A DNA stretch of 64,000 nucleotides from the human T2T-CHM13v2.0 reference genome, Homo sapiens. The translations under genes and the position numbers were made by a program. Each line of letters begins with the position of its first letter. The stretch's first letter is position 1. This document shows positions 43,966 through 64,000 of this stretch, piece by piece. The stretch is taken from NCBI RefSeq assembly GCF_009914755.1, contig NC_060938.1. One strand, written 5' to 3'. Below the pieces are notes generated by a model. That model made no database searches. It was not told the origin of the DNA and was given only the letters and a program-made list of their open reading frames with translations.

Positions 43966-45304
43966 GTTCTCATATTACTAGTAAACAAATTTAACCTGGG
44001 CATGGTGGCATGTGCCTATAGCTCCAATTGCTTGGAAGGCTGTGGCAAAAGGCTTGAGCCCACGAGTGAGGCTGCAGTGAGCTATGATCTATGATCATGC
44101 CACTGCAATCCAGCCTGGTGATGGAGCAAGACTCCATCTCTTAAAAAAAAAAAAATAGAGTTTTAGAATAAGAAAACATTGTTTTGTACAAGGAATATTA
44201 TTTTATTTATGTATTTTTTTTTTTGAGACAGAGTATCACTCTGTCACCCAGACTGCCAGACTGGCTCGGCTCACTGCAACCTCCACCTCCCGGGTCCAAG
44301 TAATTCTCCTGTCTCAGCCTCCTGAGTAGCTGGGATTACAGGCGTACACCACCACACCCAGCTAATTTTTGTATTTTTAGTAGAGACAGGGTTTCGCCAT
44401 GTTGGTCAGGCTGGTCTCAAACTCCTGACCTCGTGATCCGCCTGCCTCAGCTTCCCAAAGTGCTAGGATTACAGGCGTGAGCCACTGTGCCCGGCCTAGG
44501 ATGTTATTTTTAAATCAGTGAAGTACATACTCTAAAAGACAAAAGTCATAAACATTTATGTGAATATTTATATCCTCTTGGCATGGGTGAGACCATTCAA
44601 AGCAAAACACCAAAAGCAGAAAACATAAATGATTAGATTAACAGATCTGAATACATTAAAGGGGTATTATTTTTGTTTTGTTTTGTTTTGTTTTTGAGAC
44701 CGAGTTTCACTCTTGTTGCCCAGGCTGAGAGTGCAATGGCTCACTCTTGACTCACCTCAGCCTCTGCCTCCCAGGTTCAAGCGATTCTCCTGCCTCAGTC
44801 TCCCCAGTAGCTGGGATTATAGGCATGTACCACCACACCTGGCTAATTTTGTATTTTTATTACAGATGGGGGTTTCTCCATGTTGGTCAGGCTGGTCTTG
44901 AACTCCCGACCTCAGGTGATCTGCCCGCCTCGGCCTCCCAAAGTGTTAGGATTACAGGCGTGAGCCACTGCGCCCAGCCCATAAAAGTTTAAAGTCACTA
45001 TATGTCAAAAATATTCCACCATAACCCTAATCTTAACCCTAAACATAATTAAAAACTTAAAAGTGTAGTCCACACACACGCACACACACACACGGAAAAA
45101 AATATCAATGTGAAAATGTGTTCAACTTAAAAGTTGTTTTTTTTTTTTAAAGTATAAGTATGTTAAAGAACACAGTTACTGGCTGGGCACGGTTGAGGTA
45201 GGTGCATCACTTGAGGTCAGGAGTTCGAGAAGACAGTTACTGAAAGGATACCTTTCTGACCTCTCAGAGTTTTGTCAGTTACAGACTGAGCTTGATTCCC
45301 CCCA

Positions 45305-45865
45305 TGTATTACTTTCCTATTCTGTGGTAATTTGCTGTATCAAATTACCACAAATTTAGAGGCTTAAACAACATAAATTTATTATTATTATTATTGAGAT
45401 GGGGTCTCACTCTGTCCCCTTGGCTGGAATGCAGTGGGACACTAACAACTCACTGCAGCCTCAACCTCCTGGGCTCAGGTGATCCTCCCACCTCAGCCTC
45501 CCTGGTAGCTGAGACTACAGGCACATACTACCACACATGGTTAATTTTCATATTTTTTGTAGAGACAGGGTTTCACCATTTTGTGCAGGCTGGTCTCCAA
45601 ATCCTGAGCTCAAGCAATCCACCTTCCTTGGCCTCTCAAAGTGCTGGGAATTACAGGTGTGAGCCACTACATGCGGCCAAATTTATTATTTAAGAGTTCT
45701 GGAGATCAGAAGTACCAAATTGGTGAAGAGGGCTGCATTCCTTCTGGAAACTCTTGAAGAGAATCCCTTTCCTTGCCTTTTCCAGCTTCAGGGGGCTGTC
45801 CACATTCCTTGGTTAGTTAGCACATAGATATCTTTGGGGAGGGGGTCATTATGCTGCCTATTGCA
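45305..45865 (-). mobile_element. MaLR (MLT1B/C/D-type) LTR with Alu insertion
   Basis: CAAATTACCACAAATTTAGAGGCTTAAACAACATAAATTTATT ... GAATCCCTTTCCTTGCCTTTTCCAGCTTC. Confidence 0.65.
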
Positions 45866-46879
45866 CCTCAGTTCCACAAAGCTGAGTTATCCCAGAGGTC
45901 ATGGTACTCAGGAAGTAGGAACCCCAGGGCTAATGGAGGCAGCTACTCAAAAGCAGTTCTTACATCCATAGCTAAGTCATTCTGGGTCCAATTCAGGGAT
46001 CCATTTAGTGAAAAACAAGAGATACAAAAATTAGCCGGGCATGCTGGTGTGTGCCTGTAATCCCAGCTACTCGGGAGGCTTGAGGCAGGTGAAGCGCTTG
46101 AACCCGGGAGGCAGAGGTTGCAGTGAGCAGAGATCGCTCCCCGGAACTCCAGCCTGGGAGACAGAGCAAGACTCTGTCTCAAAAAAAAAAAAAAAAAAGA
46201 TATACCAAAATTATTTTGCTTCTTATTTTAAGGTTGGTGAGAAGGTAAAGTTTTTTTTTTTAAAATAGCATCTCTACCTATTTTCATTTTGTAAAAATGC
46301 ATTCATTTGGAGGTGATTTTTTAATTCTTGAAAAGTTGTCCTGAAGAACCGGAATCAGACCTATTCCATGTGGTTGCAGAGGGCAGACCCAGAAGCAGCC
46401 ATGGGGGAGATACCTGTTTTATTCAAAGAGGATCTTTTCTGACAGTTATCCTTGTTCAAAATGCAATGAACTACCTCAAAAAAAAAAAAGGGAATACAAT
46501 TAGCTTTATAAAAAATTTAGTACAATGCTTCTTTCCTCTTTCATTTTATAGACAGTGAGGAAAATCTGTGTTTAGTGCTTAGAGTCTTTAAACTCCCAGT
46601 AGATTATCAGATTAATGTTAAGACTGATGTGAATGCTTAACCAGTTTCCACTGGCCCTAAAATGCCTGAATTTAACAGTAAGCCCTCCAAAACAGTTATT
46701 TCATATAGATGAAATTTCTAATCACAGACCACCAAGAACTTTTGAAAAATTTAAAGGTTGTCTTCTTTCATAGCTTACTCACTTATTTCTGTTTTTAAAA
46801 TGAAGCATGATTATGAGACATGCTCAAGGACAGCTCAGTGGAGGATGCAGAGGTTTTTGCTCTCATTAACACTGGGTTC

Positions 46880-47570
46880 AAGACCCAGGCGGCTGGGCGC
46901 GTTCTTTAAACTCCCTTTGCTTCAGTTACTTTTCGGTGTCTAGGTGCCGTTCCCTTTTTGGCAATCCGACGGAGAGAGAAGCAAGCGAGGAGACAGGGTG
47001 GTGCATTCTGCCACGCTGGCCCCTCACCTCTGTCATCACAGGGCGTTCTGGGTTCCTCTGAGAGGAGTTTTTCCCTTATAAGGAGGCAGTAGTGGGATTC
47101 CTCTTCGGAAGATTAGCCCTGCCTGTAGCCAAGTAGAACGAAAGGATTTGTGTGTAAGACTGTTGATTAGCCCGTCTTTGGTCTATAGCATTCTAAAGCA
47201 AAAACCTTGACAGGACAGGGGTGAAAGAAGGTGACATCCGTGACAGGAGGTAGGCAGGGAAGCTCAGGTCAGCTCAGTGCAGGGGAATAATGTTGGTAAC
47301 TGCAAGCAGCATCCTGAACGGCCGCGGGAAGAACTTGGAAATTCTTTAAGAGAACGTACTTTTTGCTCTCTGTGATCCGGCGGCCATTTTTTTCCGACTG
47401 TCTGTGGGTAAACGAGCAGCCCCTGTTGGCTCCGAAGGTAATAACAGCTTTTCGCAGAGACGTTTTGAATATGCGCCGGTAGGGGGCAGCGATGAGGCGG
47501 TTGCAAATCCCCAAGCATCCCGTCAACTGGTGAGCTTTCGCGCTGAAGGAAACGTAAAACAGTGGATAAA
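46880..47570. promoter_or_regulatory. CpG-retaining unique region downstream of RN7SL2 with YY1 motif (47379-47390)
   Basis: AAAATGGCCGCC on the minus strand; CpG-rich non-repeat DNA. Confidence 0.5.
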
Positions 47571-47773
47571 TATAAGAGTGGAGAGAGAAAGCCAACTATA
47601 AACCTCAGTAACATCTTTCTCTATATATTTTTTCCTTTAGAGGAAGAGAGGACTCGTCTTTAAATGTGCACATTAGTATGTTTCTTAATACGTATGAACC
47701 GGAAAGGAGGCAAACTTCTTAACTTCAAAGACACTATTTACTTACAAAGGTACCCTTAATGAGGGAGGGGGGC

Positions 47774-47777
47774 AAAA
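47774..47777 (-). terminator. Pol III terminator T4 of RN7SL2
   Basis: CTC-TTTT-GCCCC on the minus strand. Confidence 0.85.
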
Positions 47778-48075
47778 GAGACGGGGTCTCGCTATGTTGC
47801 TCAGGCTGGAGTGCAGTGGCTATTCACAGGCGCGATCCCACTACTGATCAGCACGGGAGTTTTGACCTGCTCCGTTTCCGACCTGGGCCGGTTCACCCCT
47901 CCTTAGGCAACCTGGTGGTCCCCCGCTCCCGGGAGGTCACCATATTGATGCCGAACTTAGTGCGGACACCCGATCGGCATAGCGCACTACAGCCCAGAAC
48001 TCCTGGGCTCAAGCGATCCTCCCACCTCAGCCTCCCGAGTAGCTGGGACTACAGGCACGCGCCACCGCGCCCGGC
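47777..48075 (-). ncRNA. RN7SL2: 7SL (SRP) RNA gene RN7SL2
   Basis: Full 299 nt with the variant GAGGTGGGAGGATCGCTTGAGCCCAGG, intact S domain, ends CCCCGTCTCT-TTT; canonical 7SL upstream promoter. Confidence 0.96.
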
Positions 48076-48260
48076 GGTCGGAGACGCTGCGAAAAGCTAC
48101 TAGAAGCTGCAGGGCAGTTACGTCATTGGGGAGCGGGGGGGCCACGCCGGGCGACGTGAGCTTGGACACACCCACACTGGGCGGTCTGGAGGCTACGTTA
48201 GTGTGGCGTCATCCGAGCTGGGCAGCCGTTCTGCCTTACAGGGTTGGGACCCCGGAAGCT
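48076..48260 (-). promoter_or_regulatory. RN7SL2 gene-external promoter: ATF/CRE TGACGTAA (48118-48125, -43 to -50), TCTAGTA (48098-48104), second TGACG half-site (48207-48211), ETS CCGGAAG (48252-48258, + strand)
   Basis: Minus strand reads CCCAATGACGTAACTGCCCTGCAGCTTCTAGTAGCTTTTCGCAGCGTCTCCGACC-GCCGGG; 7SL genes are known to need an upstream ATF site and proximal flank. Confidence 0.85.
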
Positions 48261-49682
48261 TATCGGCGCGGTTGCGGCCGCGGCTCCCTGTGTTTTGATC
48301 AGAACACCACGTTCCTGCTTAACAGAAATTGGTCAGTATGCGCTTAATGCTCATAGTGTGGCGTCCGGACACGCAGCGAGAGAAAAACGCAATAACCTGG
48401 TCCGTCAGCGTTGCTTGCTTCAGCAGGCCTTAAATATGTGCTGCATCTTTTGGGGGACGTTACTTAAGAGGCAAACATCTGGCTCGAAGTCTTCCATTAT
48501 TTTCAGCAAGCATTTAGGAGGTGACTGCACTATAAGGAGAATAACCCACAGTAGCACAGGTTGGGAGTCTGCACAGTGCCGAGGCCAGCTCAGTCTTCAC
48601 TATTCGAACGAAGGAAGCCTGGGGCAACTGTTTGTTTTCTCTGCCCTGCGTGTTAGTTGCCCGTTGTTTTTGGAGAAAAAACTAGTATCGGGGTATATTG
48701 GTGGAAAAATTTGGATTTGGCAGCTTGAAGCCTTTTTTGCGACAAGCTTAGGTTAGGAAGGGATAGAGGGGAGGAAAGAAAAAATAATTTTCGACCATAG
48801 TAGATCTGCGAAAGCAGACCTTCTGTTTGTCCTCTTATCTATAGTCTTTCCCTCACCCCCCACCCCTTGTCTCCTAAAAACCAGTCCAGACTTTCCCCGC
48901 CACCTCCGTCCTTGTAGCAGATAACGTTGCTCCTTCCTTCATGGATAAATTGAAGGCCAACAGACAAAAACTTTTCAACTCTTTGCTGCTCTGTCCGCTC
49001 TAAATTTATCTTTACACCTTCAGAGAAGAGCACCCTTCTGTTTTCCCCTCCTACCTCAAACCCAGTAGGTCAAAATTCTTCCATCAATCATTTTTACCCA
49101 TTCTATCTCTCTCTTTCATTTATACAGATTCCAAGCTGCCTTTCTTCTAAAAAAAAAAAAAAAAAAAAAAAGTAAAAAAACTCCTTTGACCTTGCCTTTC
49201 TAAATGAAATCTGTCTGTTGTTTTCATGGCTGCACTTCTTGAAACCATGTTCTACAATTGCTACATTTGCTTCTTAACCTTCTGTCTTCAGTCCATAGCC
49301 CACCAATCCACTGAAACTATTCTAGCTAAGGCTACGATACCCAAGCCTCCTAATTGGCAGGTCTAAGGGACCCTTTCTGACATAGGTGATGTAATTTACC
49401 ACCAATCTCTGTCACTTGTGACTGCTGTTTCCTCCCTGAACGTTTCTTCTCCCTGGTTCTTGTTCACAGCCCCTGATATTTCCTCCCAGGCTCTCTCTTC
49501 TGCCCACCCAGCAAATGTTTTTGTTCCTTACAGTTCCCTCCTAAATGTTCTCTGTTCTCTCACCGTGTTCTTCATGAGTGATGTAATAAATTCTCAAGGC
49601 TCTCAAATCTGTAGTTCCAATCTGATGCTGTTTCCAGAGCTTCAGATTCACATTTTTAGTTGCCTTCTGGATGTCACCTTGA

Positions 49683-50012
<330 letters not shown>

Positions 50013-50544
50013 TGATCCACCTGCCTCGGCCTCCCAAAGTGCTGGGATTACAGGCGTGAGCCACTGTGCCTGGCTCATCAGTATGTTTAGTTGCTCACTT
50101 CAGAACTCTCAGAGTCATCCTTGACTACTATTTCATCCATTCAATACCAAATACTTACTTTTTACTTATCCAATGACAGGCACTGTACTAGGTGGTAGAG
50201 ATGTGGTGGTGAAGAAAAGAGACAGAGTGGAAGAGACAGACAAAAACTTAGCAAAAAAAATTATAATTTCAAACTGTGATAAGTACCGGTGAAGGAAGCA
50301 CAGTACTGAGATATGAACAATGGTGGTAGGAAGCAGGTGGGGCACCTGCTTTTGAGAATGTAGTCAGGTAAGCCTCTTTTAGGAGGTATCATTTAAATTA
50401 GGGCCTGAAGAATGAGGCATCGGTTAAGGTACATTGAAGCAAACAAGGACTGTCTGTAAACTGAAGTAAACGAACCTCTCTTTAGGAAATTCAGAAGAAA
50501 GAAAATTATCTCGAGGAAGTTGGTCAGAAGAAAATGGGCAGATC

Positions 50545-50894
50545 ATGAAATGTTAGTTGTCCCCCAAAGTCGGTTCTCCCCTTTTACAGTGCTAATACAT
50601 TGCTACTTGGGCACATGAATCCCAGCTAGAGACCACATTGCCTGAATTTCCTTACAACCAAGTGTGGTCAAGTTCTCACTAATGGAATATGAATGAAAGT
50701 TGTATGTGTCCTCTGCATCACTTGCTTAAAAAGAAATCGGTTGCCCTCTACTTTGGCCCTTTTGGCCTTTCCAGCGCTAGGTGGCGCCAGTGCAGATCCA
50801 CTGCAGTGCCCCACCTTTAACCATGCAAATTAGGAAAAATACCTAGGGTCGAGGAAAGAAACCAGTGAATGCAGAAGGGGCAGGATTGGAAAAC

Positions 50895-50927
<33 letters not shown>

Positions 50928-51118
50928 CAACCAAACCAAACCAAAATAAAACCAAAACAGCAGAGTCCATGGATGAATTAATGAAGCTGATCCACCCTAT
51001 AGCCTCCACCACTCCTACCTCTGGACTGTTAGATGAGAAATAAGCTTCCATCTTAATTCAATCACTATATTTTGGGGTCTCTTTATTATTACAGCATACT
51101 CTGTACTCTAACTAATAG
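50545..51118 (+). mobile_element. Old MaLR (MLT1J/K-type) LTR remnant
   Basis: CCTACCTCTGGACTGTTAGATGAGAAATAAGC...TTTTGGGGTCTCTTTATTATTACAGC...CTAACTAATA. Confidence 0.55.
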
Positions 51119-51328
51119 AGGGAGGTTCCCAGAAGAAAATCCTGGATAAGCAGAACTCAGAGCAGGAACCAAAAGAGCTCCAGGTATCTACAGGGCACCC
51201 CAATGGGATGAACCATCCTCAGTATCCTCTAAGAAGAGTCTGATTTTCTAGTTTGAGTTCTGTATTCTTCTACAATCTGTATTTATATGCATACCTATTT
51301 TTATTTTTGTTATTTATTTATTTTTTGA

Positions 51329-51641
<313 letters not shown>

Positions 51642-52189
51642 TAAATAAAACATCTGTGTCTTGCTTTTCTTTCCCACATGTTACTATGTTTTTGGTGGCA
51701 GTATAATCTTTTATTATTATTATTATTTGAGACAGAGTCTTGCTCTGTCTCCCAGGGTGGAGTGCAGTAGCGCGTCTCAGCTCACTGCAACCACCACCTT
51801 CCCAGTTCAAATGATTCTCCTGCTTTAGCCTCCTGAGTAGCTGGGACTACAGGCAGGCTTCACCACACCCAGCTAATTTTTGTATTTTTAGTAGAGATGG
51901 GGGTTTCACCATGTTGGCCAGGCTGGTCTCGAACTCCTGGCCTCAGGTGATCTGCCCGCCTCCCAAAGTGCCGGGATTACAGGTGTGAGCCACTGCTCCC
52001 GGCCAGGTGGCCCTATAATCTTTTGATTTGGTGCATCATAATTTATGACTATTTAAATTGAACCACTATCAGTCACACTAATCACTTTACTATTCTATAT
52101 ATTTCACCTGTATTGTTTTATGAATTAGTGATCGGCATAGTATCCAGTGCTAAGTCAGTTATGCACAACCTCGAATCAGCCGTTTGCTT

Positions 52190-52495
52190 TTTTTTTTTTT
52201 TTTTTTTTTGAGACGGAGTCTCGCTCTGTCGCCAAAGCTGTAGTGCAGTGACGCGATCCCAGCTCACTGCAAGCTTCGGCTCCCGGGTTCACGCCATTCT
52301 CCTGCCTCAGCCTCTCGAGTAGCTAGCTGGGACTACAGGAGCCCGCCACCACGCCCAGCTTTTTTGTTTGTTTTTTCAGTAGAGACGGGGTTTCACCGTG
52401 TTAGCCAGGATGGTCTCGATCTCCTGACCTCGTGTTCCGCCCGCCTCGGCCTCCCAAAGTGCTGGGATTACAGGCGTGAGCCACCGCGCCCGGCC
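52190..52495 (-). mobile_element. AluY with perfect TSD
   Basis: Y-diagnostic CACTGCAAGCT, GTTCACGCCATTCTCC, CCGTGTTAGCCAGGATGG; TSD agccgtttgctttttt on both sides. Confidence 0.9.
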
Positions 52496-53139
52496 AGCCG
52501 TTTGCTTTTTTAACAGTGCAAAAAACAAGGCCGTGTCTGGCTATATGGGGCTTTGCTTGTTCAAAATGTAACCTCTATACGGCCGCGCGCAGTGGCTCAC
52601 GCCTGTAATCCTAGCACTTTGTAAGGCCCCGGCAGGCGGATCACTTGAGGGCAGGAGTTCGAGGCCAGCCTGGCCAACATGGTGAAACCCCATCTCTACT
52701 AAAAATACAAAAATTAGCCTGGCCTGGTGGCGCGCGCCTGTAGTCCCAGTTATTCAGGAGGCTAAGGCAGGAGAATCGCTTGAACCCGGGAAGAGGAGGT
52801 TGCAGTAAGCCGAGACGTGCAACTGCATTCCAGTCTGGGCAAGACTCCGTCTCAAAAAAAAAAAAAAAAAAGTAACCTGTATGAAAGTTAATTTTGTGGC
52901 ACTGAACATTGGAGTAGATAATAACCTCATCTGAAATGGGATGTCTCAATCTGTCTACAAAAAACTCCATGCCATAGAGCTCAAAAGTTTGTAAATTAGT
53001 CCTTTGGAGACGTTAAAGAGCATGGAGTCATACGAAAAGGCTTTCTGCCCTGGTAAGGGAAGAAAGCTTGTGGGCAGGTTGAGTCTGGTCCTTGAGTTCT
53101 CAGCTCTCACCAGGGAAGGGGTACCAGACAAAGCTGAGG

Positions 53140-53720
53140 CTGAACTTGAGCCGCACAGGCCCTGATTGCTGGGCCGTGAGAGAACACCCGAGGAGGGGGC
53201 CCAACGCACCTGAAGAAAAGACGACGTGGAGGTCATAAACGACCAAGAGAAAGGGGCGCACCGCGGACACTATCGCCAGCCGGACCCCAGATCAAGAGAA
53301 ATAGAAGAGGAGCCGGGGTCTCCAAACACTACAGGCTGGGGTCCCAGGGCAAGGGACTGGGCCGCCGGCGGAAGCGTCGGGGAGAGGCGGGACTGTCGGC
53401 GGGGTGTGGGAGAGGCGGGGCGTGGGAGAGGCGGGGCCACCAGCAAGTGGGCGGGCGGGAGGCGGGGCCGCAGTTGGGGTGTGGAAGAGGTGGGGCAGCC
53501 AGCAACTGGGAGGGGAGGGAGGCGGGGCCGCCGGCGGGGCGCGGTGAAGAGGCAGGCTGCCAGAGTGCCTGGCCGACAAATTACCCAGCGTGAGCTCGGT
53601 CACCTGGGTGTGGCGGTTCAACCCTGAGCTACGTCCTCCCACGGCGCCCGCAGTTTCCCCACCCTTGACACAATGCCTATTCGCAGCTCGCTGCAGCGGA
53701 GTCATCTACTGCTGCTGGCA
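53140..53720. promoter_or_regulatory. Orphan CpG island with clustered Sp/KLF GC boxes and G-quadruplex potential
   Basis: GGCGGGGC at 53414, 53430, 53461, 53521 and 53533; many GGG runs on the + strand; CpG-rich. Confidence 0.75.
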
Positions 53721-54457
53721 GGATTTTCATTGCGACGGGTTGTTATGTGCATTTCAGGACATACCCCGTGGGTTGTCCCTGATTCAGTTACATTTAATAA
53801 ACGAGCGGTGGATTAACCGGAATTACAGTTTGACAGAAAACACGTTTTCTTCTCGACAACACCCTGCGTGTAGGAAGAGCCTTTAATATGGTTGATACAC
53901 AATATTTAATCGATCCAGAAACACATTTCTTGTGACAGGCTTTTAAATATCAGAATAAATCCTAAGAGTGAACAGTTGAAGTTACTTATCCAATGTTACA
54001 CTGCTAGGCCTATAAATAAACTTGCGGGGTCTATTTTCTCCCATTTGAATATGCTTTGATTTCCATATGACAGTTCTGCCGAAATGTTTTGACATTTTAG
54101 ATCTTAGTAGAACTCCATTACAACACGACTATTTATTACGTTGATTCTGATCTGACGTGTAATAAATCATGTCCCCAAACCAAAACTCCATACATTAATA
54201 TCCTGATATTTAACACACTTTATCCAACTATTGATTCTATCTGTTCACACCAATGTGGTAAAAGCTTTATGTTGTATTTAATTTATTCATTTTGAAAATA
54301 TTTAAAATGCTTCATTTTCATTAGCTAACTTTGAAGAGTGCTTCTTTTGTTTGGGGACTCTGTAGATTTAGGCTAATGTCACCATTCAGAATAATTGGCA
54401 AATTGATTTGCCTTTCTTTGACTTTCTATTCTCCAAGCTGATTATACGCTGAGGTTA

Positions 54458-54723
<266 letters not shown>

Positions 54724-54733
54724 TCAAAAACAA

Positions 54734-54736
54734 ATA

Positions 54737-54806
<70 letters not shown>

Positions 54807-54815
54807 CATATATAT
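54734..54815. repeat. (TA)n(TG)n(TA)n microsatellite
   Basis: Direct reading. Confidence 0.9.
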
Positions 54816-55215
54816 TTGAACGTGCCTAGATTGTGGTAGGAAAACAAATACTTTAAATTGCATACAGCTTTCACTGACTAAGGTAAGAGGATCAGGATAA
54901 CATTATTTGCCTAAACCATTCATTTACTCATTCAACAAATAAGTATTGAGATCTGCTATGTGCTAGGTGTCCCAGTGTGTCAACTATTAGTTAATATGGG
55001 GGAAAAATAATAGTTTTGAGAATAAAAGTGTAAAAAATGAAACAATTTGCTTGACATGATGCAAACAGTTTAATCATATATAGGTTTATGTCTATTCATC
55101 TTGGACCTGGAAGAGAGGACATAATTTCTGAGTAGAAGAATGACTGGGTTAATGTCTAATTTTGCATGTCCTCTGGCCCCAGCCATGATTAGTATAAAAA
55201 TCCTAGGGTTTCCCT

Positions 55216-55280
55216 AGGTCTAGGGGAAGATATTACTCTCCTCACCACCTCCACATAGAGTAATATCTTCCCCTAGACCT
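55216..55280. repeat. Perfect 24-bp inverted repeat with 17-nt spacer
   Basis: AGGTCTAGGGGAAGATATTACTCT (55216-55239) is the exact reverse complement of AGAGTAATATCTTCCCCTAGACCT (55257-55280). Confidence 0.97.
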
Positions 55281-55482
55281 CCTCCCCTTATGAACAAATG
55301 GAGGAACATTGAGGCTGTAAATGGCCTTTTGAGGTTCATATGACAGTCTACTTTCACTTCTTTTATTTTAGAGGGGGAAATTTTAAGCTTTCATGGGTGT
55401 GGTTTAGACAGTTTTTAAATATTACTTTGTTGAGAGTTTATGATGTGGTGGTTGAACAAATAGCACCATAGGTACTTGCTAG

Positions 55483-55806
<324 letters not shown>

Positions 55807-56699
55807 TGAAGTGAACCGCCTGCCTCGGCCTCCCAAAGTGCTGGGATTACAGGCGTGAGGCACCGTGACCAGGCAGTTTATGTGTATGATACATTTCTTT
55901 TTTGAGATAGAGTTTCACTCTTTTTGCCCAGGCTGGAGTGCAGTGGTGTGATCTTGGCTCAACTCAACCTCCACCTCCTGGGTTCAAGTGATTCTTCTGC
56001 CTCAGCCTCCTAAGTAGGTGGGATTACAGGCATGTACCACCACACCCAGCTAATTTTTTTTTTTTTTTTTTGTATTTTTAGTAGAGACAGGGTTTCTCCA
56101 TGTTGGTCAGGCTAGTCTCGAACTCCCAACCTCAGGTGATCCATCCGCCTAGGCCTTTCAAAGTGCTGGGATTACACGTGTGAGCCACCGCGCCCGGCCT
56201 ATATGTATATTTTATGACCAAAGGAATTCACACTTTTCTCAGTGTTTGCTTTTAGGGCTAATGAACTGGAAAAGCAGTCCAATTTATACAGAGAATACTG
56301 AAGGCACAAGCTGCCTGTGTCTGTTCAGCTGAAACCCCTTGCTGACAAGGTTCTAATTCATTTTGTGACACAGCTCATTTTCCAAGGGGGAGTATAGCCT
56401 AGGGTGTGGCAAGAAACAAATAAAGGCAAAACCACTACACATTAGTTAGAATATTGTTAAAAGAGACAGTCTATAGTCACTGTGATGTATGGATAAACAA
56501 TATTGCATATTACAAGAGTATTTGTATAATCAAAACCATTATATACAAATGCTATTATGATTTATCATTATAAAAACAAATATTAATGTTCTTGTACATT
56601 ATAATAATAATATAAACTAGAAGAGTGATTTATCCCCTTTTGAGCATAAGATTTATTAAAATAGTAGGTCCCTTTGTGCATTCATTCATTCATTCATTA

Positions 56700-64000
<7,301 letters not shown>

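Noticed and set aside
45022-45042. Telomere-like TAACCCTAA..TAACCCTAA
   Set aside because: Only two interrupted units; expected by chance.
46880-47640. Relic copy of the NEMF promoter/exon 1 downstream of RN7SL2
   Set aside because: No recognisable similarity to 37600-38800.
48244-48756. 170-aa + strand ORF behind RN7SL2
   Set aside because: Starts at TTG rather than ATG, has no recognisable domain and is consistent with a chance ORF in GC-rich DNA.
53583-53635. tRNA-Sec-like or B-box-containing stretch (GGTTCAACCC)
   Set aside because: Only about 60% similarity by eye, no cloverleaf, A/B box spacing too short and no terminator; at most an isolated TFIIIC site.

Overview
Primate, almost certainly human, genomic DNA that I recognise as the 14q21.3 NEMF/RN7SL locus. 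The minus strand carries NEMF coding exons 1-17. I reassembled them by hand: 1,681 nt, aa 1-560 plus 1 nt, all GT-AG introns, frame intact, with the gene continuing past the left edge. Upstream, also on the minus strand, are two intact 299-nt 7SL (SRP) RNA genes, RN7SL3 (38839-39137) and RN7SL2 (47777-48075). The rest is very Alu-dense intron and intergenic DNA with L1, L2, MIR, LTR and DNA-transposon relics, one SVA, U6 and Y3 retrocopies and an orphan GC-box-rich CpG island at about 53.2-53.7 kb. Nearly all other ORFs in the track are Alu, SVA or 7SL antisense artefacts, and I found no new protein-coding system. The best leads are: (i) an Alu-bounded, MIR-containing block of about 3 kb inside a younger L1 end, suggesting DNA-level capture; (ii) an SVA with a 3' transduction tag and two deletions; (iii) RN7SL3 as a DNA-level duplicate that lost the upstream ATF/CRE site but kept its S domain; (iv) a poly(A)-track/poly-Lys stall motif in the mRNA of the RQC factor itself; (v) a perfect 24-bp hairpin in unique DNA. 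Repeat subfamily calls come from remembered consensus sequences, and old-repeat boundaries are approximate.
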